A stretch of DNA of 63,465 bases, the filler included, from Octopus bimaculoides (taxonomy: Eukaryota): the NCBI RefSeq assembly GCF_001194135.2. It is 5 parts of 3 records of this genome, joined end to end, with 100 filler letters (N's around TTAATTAATTAA, not from the genome) between each part and the next. Parts side by side here need not be neighbours in the genome. Positions count along the whole stretch, not along the records: positions 1 to 9,827 come from NC_068990.1; positions 9,928 to 28,397 come from NC_068984.1; 3 more parts are not named here. One strand, 5' to 3'. Shown here piece after piece: positions 1 to 10,383 of the stretch. Position numbers and translations under genes: made by a program. The notes under the pieces were generated by a model. The model worked only from the letters and a program-made list of their open reading frames with translations. It was not told where the DNA came from and did no database searches. Position 1 is the first letter of the stretch; each line of letters opens with the position of its first letter.

Positions 1-10
1 CGTATATATG

Positions 11-60
<50 letters not shown>

Positions 61-67
<7 letters not shown>

Positions 68-278
68 TTGTGTGTCTGTGTTTATCTCCCCAACATCGCT
101 TGACAACCGATGCTGGTGTGTTTACGTCTCCATAACTTAGCGGTTCGGCAAAAGATACCAATAGAATAAGTACTAGGCTTACAAAGAATAAGTTCTGGGG
201 TCGATTTGCTCGACTAAAGGCAGTGCTCCAGCATGGCCACAGTCAAATGACTGAAACAAGTAAAAGAGTAAAAGAGTA
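61..278 (+). mobile_element. SINE family A, 3' half following (TA)n(TG)n
   Basis: Near-identical to the 3' half of the full copy at 57448-57833 (acatcgcttgacaaccgatgctgg...gactgaaacaagtaaaagagta). Confidence 0.8.
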
Positions 279-332
279 TATATATATGTATGTATGTATA
301 TATGTACACACATACACACACACACACACACA

Positions 333-520
333 TTGTTGTATTTCGGGACAAGAATTTTTTTTGCCAAATACACACACACACTATATATTTTCTTCTTAAC
401 TCATTTATTACTGTTCTTATTTTATTACTTTAACTCGTGTCCATTGCCCAGAAATCTTTCATCGCACATCTATGACCTCTTCAATGACACTTTTCATTTT
501 TGTATGTGTTCTTGCTTCAG
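333..520 (-). mobile_element. Inverted pseudo-LTR at the 5' end of PLE-1
   Basis: Reverse complement aligns with 3266-3285 and 3766-3896 (gaagcaagaacac...HHR...gacaatggacatgagttaaagtaataaaataagaa...gtatttggcaaaaaa) and with 30420-30600. Confidence 0.7.
445..490 (-). ncRNA. Minimal type I hammerhead ribozyme, family 1, copy A (C3 mutated)
   Basis: GUGUCA-UUGAAGA-G-GUCAUA-GAUG-UGCGAU-GAAA-GAUUUC-UGGGCA. Confidence 0.55.
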
Positions 521-1220
521 AGTATAGAAATAATGATAGACTACCCTAGTAAGCACCCTAACTATAGATTGCCTGTTTTAGACACTGAACTCTGGCTAGA
601 AACGAAGTACGGTAAGGTCCAGATCCTTCACTCTCATTATGCCAAACCCATGGCCTCTAAGTACCTTGTTGACAAGGACGCAGCTATTGTGGACAATGCC
701 AAGTTGAACATTCTGATAGCTGATTGGTGAGAGTGATGAGGAATGTGTCTCGCATGTGCTACCCTATAGAATTGGAAAGACATACAGCACTTCATCCACT
801 GCATGCAGTTCTCAGGCTATGACCAAAGGGACAGGACTAGAGTGAACAAAGGAGCCAGGACTAAGTACAACACCATCATAGAGAGTGATTCTAAGAGAAT
901 CTGCCTGCTGTACAGGAGTAAATCCTGGAACAGTACAGAAAAGACCAGTAATAAGATAAATAAGACCAACACTTGGTATGACAACAAAAACATACAAGGG
1001 TGTCATGTTCGTTGATGCTACTCCTGGCGGTGAACTAACACACCTTTTTAGAAAAACATTAAATAAGACTAATCTATGAATTAAAGTAGTCAAGAGGCCT
1101 GGAGCCCCTTTAAAATCCCTGATCTGCAATACCTATCCCTTTCATAAGTCCCCCTTTACAGAGTACAACTGTGTTGTATGTAGGTTAACTATAAGGTTAA
1201 CTGTAAGGTTAAGAATGTAG
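521..1220 (+). mobile_element. Penelope-like element PLE-1, RT thumb and linker remnant (frameshifted)
   Basis: IDYPSKHPNYRLPVLDTELW...HYAKPMASK...MQFSGY...LLYRSKSW...VMFVDATPGGEL...IKVVKRPG...NCVVC...VNCKVKNV; continues after the LTR insertion. Confidence 0.8.
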
Positions 1221-2297
1221 TGTAATAGAACGACCGTGCGAACCAAAGGAGAATGGCGACGAGACAGAAAAGGCTCCTTTTAATGTGTCGCACAGTCGAA
1301 CACAAAAACATGATATATAACATAGTTGGCTCGCCGTGAGAGAATGTGAGCCAAGTGCCAGTAAAAGAACAAGAGAGTGACAGAGACAACCGTTATATAT
1401 ATAAAGAGAGTAAGTTTATTAACATAGTGAAACTGTATTATCTGTGTGTGCATGCATGCGGCATATATAAATGACACAATACATAAGTCAGGCCTTCGTG
1501 TACAAGAGTATGTATACAACAATATGAAATGACGGACTGTCGTATAAGCAATAGTGTGTATACAATATGTGAGAGTACAATATGTGTGTGAGAGAGGGAG
1601 GAACACAGAACTTAGAAAGAGTGTCTGTAACATAGACTATAAAAGCCCTAAACACAGAGATAGAGAAAACCAGTTCCTATAAGAGTTACACAAGGAGATA
1701 GAATGTTCATATGCAGGAAGTTGTGGCCGAGAGAGCAGAGCTGTAATGTCACATGTCGTGTGTGTTGAGCGCCGATGCTGTAAACTGGTTACCTGGTACA
1801 GAATATTCTTGCAGGTTGTTCTGACTGTTAAACTTCATGGTGGAAATAATCCACTCATACAGTGTAGAGATGAAACCGCATTTGTTGATGTTGGTGTGTA
1901 CTCTGGTAGTGGTGTTGCTGGCGACGACATTGTGGTAGAAAGTACATTGGTGGTGATGACGTCGTCGCTGGAAACTGGCTGGAGCTGTGTTCTGTATGTG
2001 GTCAGAGACCAGACCTGTGAGAAGTCTGAAATCGAAGACGACTTAGTTGGAGCGGGCTTATTTATAGATGAAATAGTGCTCACCGGAAACGCAGAAAAAC
2101 TCTCTCTCACGTGACCTTATCTGAAGGCCACGATTGGACTGTATGTACCCTGGCGTGAAACAGAACTGGTGATGATTGCCGCGCAAATGAGAACCAATCA
2201 GGGTAATGGACACAAGGGTCCAAGGCAGCCGAAGGCTAGATGTTAGCCGCTTCATTATCATTTGTGATTGAATGCCTGAGAGAGAGGTTTCACTACA
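1221..2297 (-). mobile_element. Solo LTR, probably Gypsy-type, 1077 bp
   Basis: Termini TGTA...TACA. GTAG duplicated at 1217-1220 and 2298-2301. Excision restores aag aat gta gtg tat agc (KNVVYS). Minus-strand TATAAATA at 2059-2066 and AATAAA at 1415-1420. A homologous end starts at 63104. Confidence 0.8.
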
Positions 2298-2584
2298 GTA
2301 GTGTATAGCTTACAATGTACTGAGGAACGGTTCAGAAACATGACAAGTACCTACAGGCAGCATAGGAGAGCGTATAGGTGAACATTGGCAAGAGCTCAAA
2401 TAGAGGAAAAGGTCATCAGTGCTCTACCAACATGGTCAGGCAGAACATGGAGGCTTGATTAATAGCATAGTGGTTAAAGTACTATCGACACATACAACTG
2501 ACATGACAGTTAGAAAGATTACAGAGGCTACACACAACAGTAGACAGACTGAGCCTCAATAGAAAACACGAATGGAACAGTAAT
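2298..2584 (+). mobile_element. PLE-1 GIY-YIG endonuclease remnant
   Basis: VVYSLQCTEER...GSIGERIGEHWQELK*RKRSSVLYQH...VKVLSTH...RKITEATH...LNRKHEWN; homologous to 7549-7902. Confidence 0.85.
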
Positions 2585-3287
2585 AGCCACCACCACACCA
2601 TACCACATAACTAAAGACAGTAGGGATGAGAAGAGAGAGGGAGAAGGAGGAAAAAAGCCATAAATAATACACAGAAAAATATGGGATAATACACACACAA
2701 TAGACATATATGCATTTACTGGTGATACTTATGACAAATAGAAATAGATGTATACAAAGAAATAGATAAATTTATAAATAGATAAATAATTAAATATATA
2801 AATATATTTGTCACATACCTGTGATAAATGTAAGACAGAGATAGATAAAATGAAAAAATGAAACTGCATAAAGGGCATGGATACATACGAAGCGAACCCA
2901 TACACACACACACATGAAACTTTATGGATGGCCATAACAATGTCAACAACAAAACTAAGAGTCTGCAGGAACAGTGGTGCTAATGATGGTAATAACAACA
3001 ACAACTACCATGATGGCAACACCATGGGCAAACACACATACACAAAGTAATACAGGAACTGTACTATTTTTTATTCCCAGGAGAGTAGCAGCACAATTGG
3101 GTGAGAGGAAGGGGCTGAGGGGAAGGCCACACTGCTGCTAAAATCTATGACACACACACACAAGCATACATTCACATACACACACATGCACATGCACACA
3201 CACAAACAAGGACACAAATGCATGCACACAAGGATACACATCTTAGAAGAACAGAATGGAGTAAGTGAAGCAAGAACACACACAGCA

Positions 3288-3765
3288 TTATCATCATCAT
3301 CATCGTTTAACGTTCGCCTTCCATGCTAGCATGGGCTGGACGATTTGACTGAGGACTGGCGAACCAGAAGGCTGCACTAGGCTCCAATCTGATCTGGCAG
3401 AGTTTCTACAGCTGGATGCCCTTCCTAATGCCAACCACTCCGAGATTGTAGTGGGTGCTTTTTCGTGCCACCGGCACGAGGGCCAGTCAGGTGGTACTGG
3501 CAATGGCCATGCTCAAAATGGTGTTTTTTACATGCCACCTGCATAGGAGCCAGTCCAGCGGCACTGGCAACGACCTCGCTCGAATGTTTTGTTCATGTTC
3601 TACCAGCACAAGTGCCAGTAAGGCGACGCTGGTAACAATCACGCTCAAATGATGCTATTTATATCCACTGGCATGGAAGCCAGACAGCTGCTCTAGCAAT
3701 GATCATGCTCGGACGGTGCTCTTAGCGCTCCACTGACAGAGGTGCCAGTCATCGAATTTGGTTCA
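3288..3765 (-). mobile_element. RTE LINE 3'UTR fragment with (GAT)n tail
   Basis: Reverse complement matches 6300-6804, including the tandem units and ggaagggcatccagctgtagaaac. Confidence 0.8.
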
Positions 3766-3809
3766 ATCACTGAAGCGGTCACAGATGTGTGACGAAAGAT
3801 TTCTAGACA
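3766..3809 (+). ncRNA. Hammerhead family 1, copy B (A9 mutated)
   Basis: UCA-CUGAAGC-G-GUCACA-GAUG-UGUGAC-GAAA-GAUUUC-UAGACA; perfect 6-bp helix II. Confidence 0.6.
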
Positions 3810-4115
3810 ATGGACATGAGTTAAAGTAATAAAATAAGAAGTGGTAAATGGGTGGAGAAAAAAATATAGAGTGCGTGTGTTTATTTCGCAAAAAANNNNN
3901 NNNNNTGATGCACCTCCTTGAAAAATGCATTTTTTTGAAAATTTTTTTTCGGATTCCTACATTTTAGATGTCAGAGGTTATGAATATGCAAAAAATAAAT
4001 TTTTTTTTCAGAGATTTAATATAGCCTCTTTCTCCTTCTTCAAGGTCAGTGATGGTTCGTCGGTGGAAAAAGCATATAGTATTTTGCAAGTGGGGTAAGT
4101 TTTCATCACTAGTTA

Positions 4116-4174
4116 GTGATTAACACACGCTGAGGAAGGGTAACCACTCAGGAACTCGAGTCCATGTGTATCAC
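4116..4174 (+). ncRNA. Hammerhead family 2, degenerate type I
   Basis: GUGAUUAACACACG-CUGAGGA-A-GGGU-AACC-ACUC-AGGAA-CUCGAG-UC-CAUGUGUAUCAC: long helix I, 4-bp helix II, palindrome ACUCGAGU, GUC triplet at 4160-4162. GAAA is altered to AGGAA. Confidence 0.6.
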
Positions 4175-4220
4175 GTAAGGCTAGGGATGAGAACAATGAC
4201 CTTCCCTTGCAAAAACTAAT

Positions 4221-6804
4221 CAGACAGAAGGGAAGTTAGGAGACAGGTTTATTTAGCCAGACGGGAAGGAAATAAAAAGAATTTGCCAATGTTCTGCGCC
4301 ATGAGGACCGAAGACTTGAGGTATTTTGTGTTGCAAGACAGTGTGTGAGAGAGAATCGTGATATCATAGGAGAGAAATATGTCTGCATGGATGATGGTTC
4401 ACTTGCATTAAACAAGGCTGCAAAGAGAGACGTTTAGAGATGCCACTATGAAAGGTTGAATGGGAGAAAGAGTCTGCCAAATTCCAACCCAACACAGGGA
4501 CCAGCTATCCGAATTGACAGTACCTTGGTAGATAAAGCAATTAAGGGTATGAAGACAAGGAAAGACCCCAGCCCATCAAAAATCACCGCAGATATGCTCA
4601 AAATATCTGGCAGTGTTGGCTATAACCTAGTCATCCATATAGTCAACCAGGTGATACTTGAAGGAGTAATACCCAATGACTGGTGTAGCAGTACCATAGT
4701 CAACTGCTACAAAGGTAAAGGTGACACATTAGATACAAATAATTACTGATGTATCAAGTTGTTGGATCAGGTAATGAAGGTCACAGAGAGGGTCATAGCC
4801 CAACTAATTATGGAGAAAGTCAGTCCAGAGGAGATGCAGTTTGGGTTTGTATCAGGGAAAAGCACCACTGATGCTATATTTCTGGTAAGACAGCTGCAAG
4901 AGAAATACCTAGCTAAAGATAAACCTCTGTACCTGGCTTTCATTGACATGGAGAAAGCCTTTGATAGGGTCCCCCAATCCCTTATCTGGTGGTCAATGAG
5001 AAAACTAGGGATAGATGAATGGTTAGTGAGAGCTGTGAAAGCCATATACAGGGATGCTGTCAGTAAGGTGAGGGTTAGCAACGAGTACAGTGAAGAATTC
5101 CGAGTAGGGGTAGGGGTCCACCAAGGATCGGTCCTCAGCCACCTCTTGTTCATCATTCTCCTCCAGGCAATAACAGAGGAATTCAAGACAGGATCTCCCT
5201 GGCAGCTCCTCTATGCTGATGACCTTGCTCTAATTGCTGAGTCACTATCAGAACTAGAAGAAAAGTTTCAGGTGTGGAAGCAAGGATTAGAATCAAAGGG
5301 CCTTAGAGCCAACCTAGCTAAATCCAAAGTCTTAATAAGTAGGAAGGCAGACAAACCACAAATCCCTTCAGGTAGATGGCTCAGCTTGATCTGTAGAAAA
5401 GGCATAGATAGAAACTCCATATGATGTATGCTATGGACACATAAGTGGTGCAGCAATATCGAAGGAAGGCTAACTGGGAGGATAGTTTTTGTATGTGGTA
5501 AATGCTCAGGAGCAATAAACACTGAAAATGTGCAGAGAACAGCTTCTGTCACCTTCCAGGGAGAAAAACTACAAGTAGTTGATAGCTTCCATTACCTAGG
5601 TGACCAAGTCAGTGGCAGGGGTGGATGCTCTGAAAGTGTAGCTGCTAGAATAAGAATAGCCCAGGCAAAGTTCAGAGAGCTCCTACTTCTGCTAGTGACA
5701 AAGGGCCTCTTGCTCAGAGTAAAAGGTAGACTGTATGACGCATGTGTACAAACAGCCATGCTACATGGCAGTGAAACATGGGCCATGACTGCTGACGACA
5801 TGTGTAAACTTGCAATGAATGAAGCAGTATGCTTCGATGGGTGTGTAATGTCAGTGTGCATACACGACAGAGTGTAAGCACCCTGAGAGAAAAGTTGGAC
5901 TTAAGAAGCATCAGATGTGGTGTGCAAGAGAGATGACTGTGCTGGTATGGTCATGTGTTGTGAATGGATGAGGACAGCTGTGTGAAAAAGTGTCACACCC
6001 TAGCAGTTGAGGGAACCTGTGGAAGAGGTAGACCCAGGAAGACCTGGAATGAGGTGGTGAAGCACGAACTTTGAACATTGGGGCTCACCGAGGCAATGAC
6101 TAGTGACTGAGACCTTTGGAGATATGCTGTGCTTGAGAAGACCTGGCAAACCAAGTGAGACCATAACCCGTGGCCTATGACAGTGGTGTATAACCAGCCC
6201 ACTTATGAGTATCCTTCATTCATTGGACAATAAACTTTGCTTGTGAAGACCTGTTGAGGCAAGTGAAATCAAAATCGCTGATGTAGCCGATGACAGTACC
6301 GCCTGATTGGCACCCATGCCAGTAGAACGTTAAAAGCACATCTGAGCGTGATCACTGCCAGGGCCGCTGACTGGCTGTCATGCTGGTGGCACATAAAAAG
6401 CACCATTTAAGTGTGATCGTTGCCAGTGTCCCCTTAGTGGCACGGGAAAAACAACATTCGAGCGTGGTCATTACCAGTGCCGCCAGACTGGCTCCCGTGC
6501 TGGTGGCACATAAAAAGCACCATTCGAGTGTAATCCTTGCCAGCGTCGCCTTAGTGGCACTTTTGGCAGTGGCACGTGAAAAACAGCATTTGAGCATGGT
6601 CATTGTCAGTACCGCCTGACTGGCACGTAAAAGCACCCACTACACTCTTGGTGTGGTTGGCGTTAGGAAGGGCATCCAGCTGTAGAAACTTTGCCAGACC
6701 AGATTGGAGCCTGGTGCAGCCTTCTGGCTCACCAGTCCTCAGTCGAATCGTCGAATCCATGCCAGCATGGAAAGCGGACGTTAAATGACGACGATGATGA
6801 TGAT
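4221..6804 (+). mobile_element. RTE-clade LINE, 5'-truncated, disrupted RT ORF
   Basis: LYLAFIDMEKAFDRVP, GVHQGSVLS and LLYADDLAL motifs; 3'UTR minisatellite and (GAT)n tail. Confidence 0.92.
6310..6640 (+). repeat. Minisatellite within the RTE 3'UTR
   Basis: Units start ggcac..aaaa and alternate about 51 and about 66 bp. Confidence 0.75.
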
Positions 6805-7005
6805 GTGTGTGTGTATGTATGTGTGTTTGTATTTGCTCCCTACCATCACTTGACAACTGATGCTGGTGGGTTTACGTCTCCATAAATTAGCTGTTCAGCA
6901 AAGGAAACTGATAGAATAAGTAATAGGCTTACAAAGAATAAGTTTTGGGATCGATTTGTTCGACTAAAGGCGGTGCTCCAGCATGACTGAAACAAATAAA
7001 AGAAT
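6805..7005 (+). mobile_element. SINE family A, 3' half
   Basis: Matches 57650-57833. Confidence 0.75.
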
Positions 7006-7144
7006 ACGTTTATGTATTCATTTTGCAAAATTCTTGATGTGAATTCATTTGTTGAAACAGAAATTGTTCTATTTGAGGAAGGTCATGTTGCCAGTTTAGC
7101 CAATGAAAACTTGCTTCAGCTTTATTTCATATTAATTGTATTTT

Positions 7145-7190
7145 GGCCAGAGTTCTTTCATCACACTTCTGTGACCTCATCAGTAGTCAT
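7145..7190 (-). ncRNA. Hammerhead family 1, copy C (catalytic core intact)
   Basis: AUGACUA-CUGAUGA-G-GUCACA-GAAG-UGUGAU-GAAA-GAACUC-UGGCCA; helix I pairs 5 of 6. Confidence 0.7.
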
Positions 7191-7548
7191 TGCATTCTTC
7201 TTTCCGTTTTTGTATCTCTCCTTCCTAACGATCTGCCATTTTGTATTCCTGTTGTATGTGCCTTTATTTGTGCATGCATATATCCCTCTGTGTGTCTATG
7301 TTTAGTAAGTGTGTGTGTAGGAATGTGTATGGTACCTGCATTATCAGTATCCCCTGTTTATTCACGTTCGTTTTATTTTATTCATTTTATTTATTTGTTT
7401 TTATCTACTTACTTTATCATTTCTTTCCTTTTTTTGTATTAATTTAATTTATTATATTTTGTTTATGTATATAATTATTTAATTCCATTTATCTATCTGT
7501 CTGTTGTATTAGTTTCGTATTATTATTAGTTATGGGGATCTTGTTCTG

Positions 7549-7902
7549 TCATAAGTTGTGGTGTGTGGGTGTGTGTGTATTAGTGTTCCATTCTAGTTTT
7601 CTGTTTAGGCTAGGTGTATCTTCTATTATGTGTGTAGCTTCCGTAATTTGCCTAAATGTTGCGTCCATTCTATGTATGGACAAGATTTTAACTTCTATGT
7701 TGTTGAGTGAGACCACATGTTCCCGCTCGGCATACTGGTATAGAACAAATGAACTCTTCTCTTCCTTAAGTTCCCTCCAAAGCTCATTTACTCACTCTCC
7801 TATGCTCCGTGCTGTTTCTCCTATGTATGTTGTTGTCTTGTTTCTGTACCGTCCCTCTGTACATCTTATCCTATAGACTACATTCCTAGCTTTACAGTTT
7901 AC
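7549..7902 (-). pseudogene. PLE-2 GIY-YIG endonuclease with one internal stop
   Basis: VNCKARNVVYRIRCTEGRYRNKTTTYIGETARSIGE*VNELWRELKEEKSSFVLYQYAEREH...RQITEATHIIEDTPSLNRKLEWN. Confidence 0.88.
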
Positions 7903-9827
7903 TAAACGAGGCTGCAAAGAAAGAGGTTCGGAGATGCCGCTACGAAAGATTGGTCAATAAAGAGAATGAATGAGAGAAAGAGAGTCGGCCAAATGTCGAC
8001 CCAACAGCGGGACCAGTTATCCGAATTGACAATACCATGGTAGATAAAGCAATTAAGAGTATGAAGACAGGGAAGGCCCCCCCAGCCCATCAGGAATCAC
8101 TGCAGAGATGCTCAAAATATCTGGCAGTGTCGGCTATAGCCTAGTCACCCGTATTGTTAACCAGGTGATTCACGAAAGAGTCATACCCAATGACTGGTGT
8201 AGCAGCACCATAGTCAACTGCTACAAAGGTAAAGGCGATGCTTTAGATACAAATAATTACAGAGGTATCAAGTTGTTAGATCAGGTAATGAAAGTCACGG
8301 AGAGGGTCATAGCCCAATTAATTAGGGAGAGAGTCAGTTTAGATGAGATGCAGTATGGGTTCGTTCCAAGAAAAGCACCCCTGATGCTATATTTCTGATA
8401 AGACAGCTGCAGGAGAAATACCTAGCCAAAGATAAACCGCTGTACCTGGCTTTCGTTGACATGGAGGAAGACTTTGACAGGGTCCCCCGCTCCCTTATCT
8501 GGTGGTCAATGAGGAAACTAGGGATAGATGAGTGGCTAGTGAGAGCTGTGCAAGCCATGTACAGAGATGCTGTCAGTAAGGTGAGGGCTGGAAATGAGTA
8601 CAGTGAAGAATTCTGGGTAGAGGTAGGGGTCCACCAAGGTTCTGTCCTCAGCCCCCTACTATTTGTCATAGTCCTCCAGGCTATAACAGAGGAATTCAAG
8701 AGATGATGCCCCTGGGAGCTCCTCTATGCTGATGACCTTGCCCTAATTGCGGAGTCACTATCAGAACTAGAGAAGTTTCAGGTGTGGAAGCAAGGACTAG
8801 AATCGAAGGGCCGTAGAGTCAACCTAGCTTAAACCAAAGTCCTAACAAGTAGGAAGGTAGACAAAACACAAACCCCTTCAGGTGGATGGCCCTGCTCAAT
8901 CTGTAGAAAAGGCGTAGGCAAAAACTCTATAAGATGCACCAAGTGCAAGATATGGACACATAAGTGGTGCAGCAATATCAAAGGAAAGTTAAGTAGGAAG
9001 TTAGTTTTTGTATGTAGCAGATGTTCAGGAGCAATACACACTGTGAATGTGCAGAAAACAACTTCTACCACATTCCACGGAGAAAAACTAGACGTAGTTG
9101 ATAGCTTCCGCTATCTGGGTGACCAAGTTAGTAATGGGGGAGGGTGCGCTGAAAGTGTAGCTGCTAGAATAAGAATAGCCTGGGCAAAGTTCAGAGAGTC
9201 TTACCTCTGCTGGTGACAAAGGGTCTCTCTCTCAGAGTAAAAGGCAGACTGTATAATGCATATGTACGAACAGCCATGCTTGATGGCAGTGAAGCATGGG
9301 CCATGACTGTTGAAGACAGATATAGGCTTGCAAGGAATGAAGCCAGTATGCTCCGATGGATGTGTAATGTCAGTGTGCATAATAGACAGAGCGTAAGTAC
9401 TTTGAGAGAAAAGTTAGACCTAAGAAGCATCAGTTGTGGTGTGCAAGAGAGACGATTGCGCTGGTATGATCATGTGGCAAGAATGGATCACAATAGCAGT
9501 GTGAAAAAGTGCCACTCTCGAGCAGTTGAGGTAACCTGTGGAAGCGGTAGGCCCAGGAAGACCTGGGCTGAGGTGGTGAGGCACGACCTTTGAACATTTG
9601 GCCTCACTGAGGCGATGACTTCTGACCAACACTTTTTGAAATACGCTGTGTGTGAGAAGACCCAGTAAGCCAAGTGAGATCTAAATCCAAGGCCTCCGCC
9701 AGGGGTGTAGCCAGCCCACTTATGCGTACCTTCCTTCATTGGACACAAAACTCCACTTGCGAAGACCTGTTGAGGCAAGTGAAATCGGAATCGAAATTGA
9801 ACTAAATTCGACAACTGGCACCCATGC
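7901..9827 (+). mobile_element. RTE-clade LINE, second copy of the 4221-6804 family
   Basis: Collinear homology; YRGIKLL, GVHQGSVLSPLLF and YADDL motifs; runs into a gap. Confidence 0.92.
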
Positions 9828-10383
9828 NNNNNNNNNNNNNNNNNNNNNNNNNNNNNNNNNNNNNNNNNNNNTTAATTAATTAANNNNNNNNNNNNNNNNN
9901 NNNNNNNNNNNNNNNNNNNNNNNNNNNATATATATATATATATATATATAACATCTACTGTGTCTTACTATATTAAGTACTGTGGAATAACATAAACGGT
10001 TGCATGTCGAATTGACAATAACGCAGTTACCTTCGCTCCCTGAATTCAAATCCTACAAGAATTCATTTTGTATTGGATACTGCTACGACCGTTTAAAAGA
10101 AAATACCAGTCGTATCTGGTGTAGATTCAGTCATCCCTATCACCCTCTACCACCCTCTATCTCCCTCCTATAAACCCTTGTACCCCAAAGTGTTTGTCTG
10201 TGTCTATATATGTCGATGTGTCTTTAAATTATTAACGAAAACATTACATTTTCATGCCTTTTCCTCTTTTCTTCTGCTCCTCCCCTCCTTCTCATCTCCC
10301 CCCTGCTCCTCTTCCTCGATCATCGTCGTCATCCTCGCCCCCCCCCCACCTACGCTACTCTGTAAAAAACACCATTTTGTTAG

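Larger units (their letters stand above)
3240..3896 (+). mobile_element. PLE-1 3' pseudo-LTR, interrupted by an RTE tail
   Basis: aagaacagaatggagtaagtgaagcaagaacacac matches 30421-30455; homology resumes at 3766 after the insertion and runs to the gap. Confidence 0.65.
7012..7902 (-). mobile_element. Penelope-like element PLE-2: endonuclease, 3'UTR and HHR
   Basis: GIY-YIG coding region at 7549-7902, followed about 360 bp downstream by an HHR; abuts an RTE at its 5' side. Confidence 0.8.

Noticed and set aside
1217-1224. Apparent 8-bp TSD GTAGTGTA, which would suggest a hAT element
   Set aside because: The homolog at 63104 also begins TGTAA, so TGTA belongs to the element and the TSD is 4 bp.
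1835-2110. Ser/Thr-rich 91-aa ORF
   Set aside because: Lies within the LTR just downstream of its TATA box; no recognisable domain.
521-2584. Selenocysteine recoding in PLE-1
   Set aside because: The stop codons I found are not at Cys positions and accompany frameshifts, so they are ordinary decay.
4046-4094. Possible upstream exon ending at ggg|gtaagt
   Set aside because: No frame resembles the expected protease Met-turn region.
6310-6640. CRISPR-like appearance of the tandem units
   Set aside because: Eukaryotic context, no unique spacers, and the array is part of a LINE 3'UTR.
9872-9883. TTAATTAATTAA islands inside N-runs (also 28442-28453, 51622-51633, 56015-56026)
   Set aside because: An identical 12-mer centred in gaps, with stops in all six frames, is a scaffolding linker rather than biological sequence.
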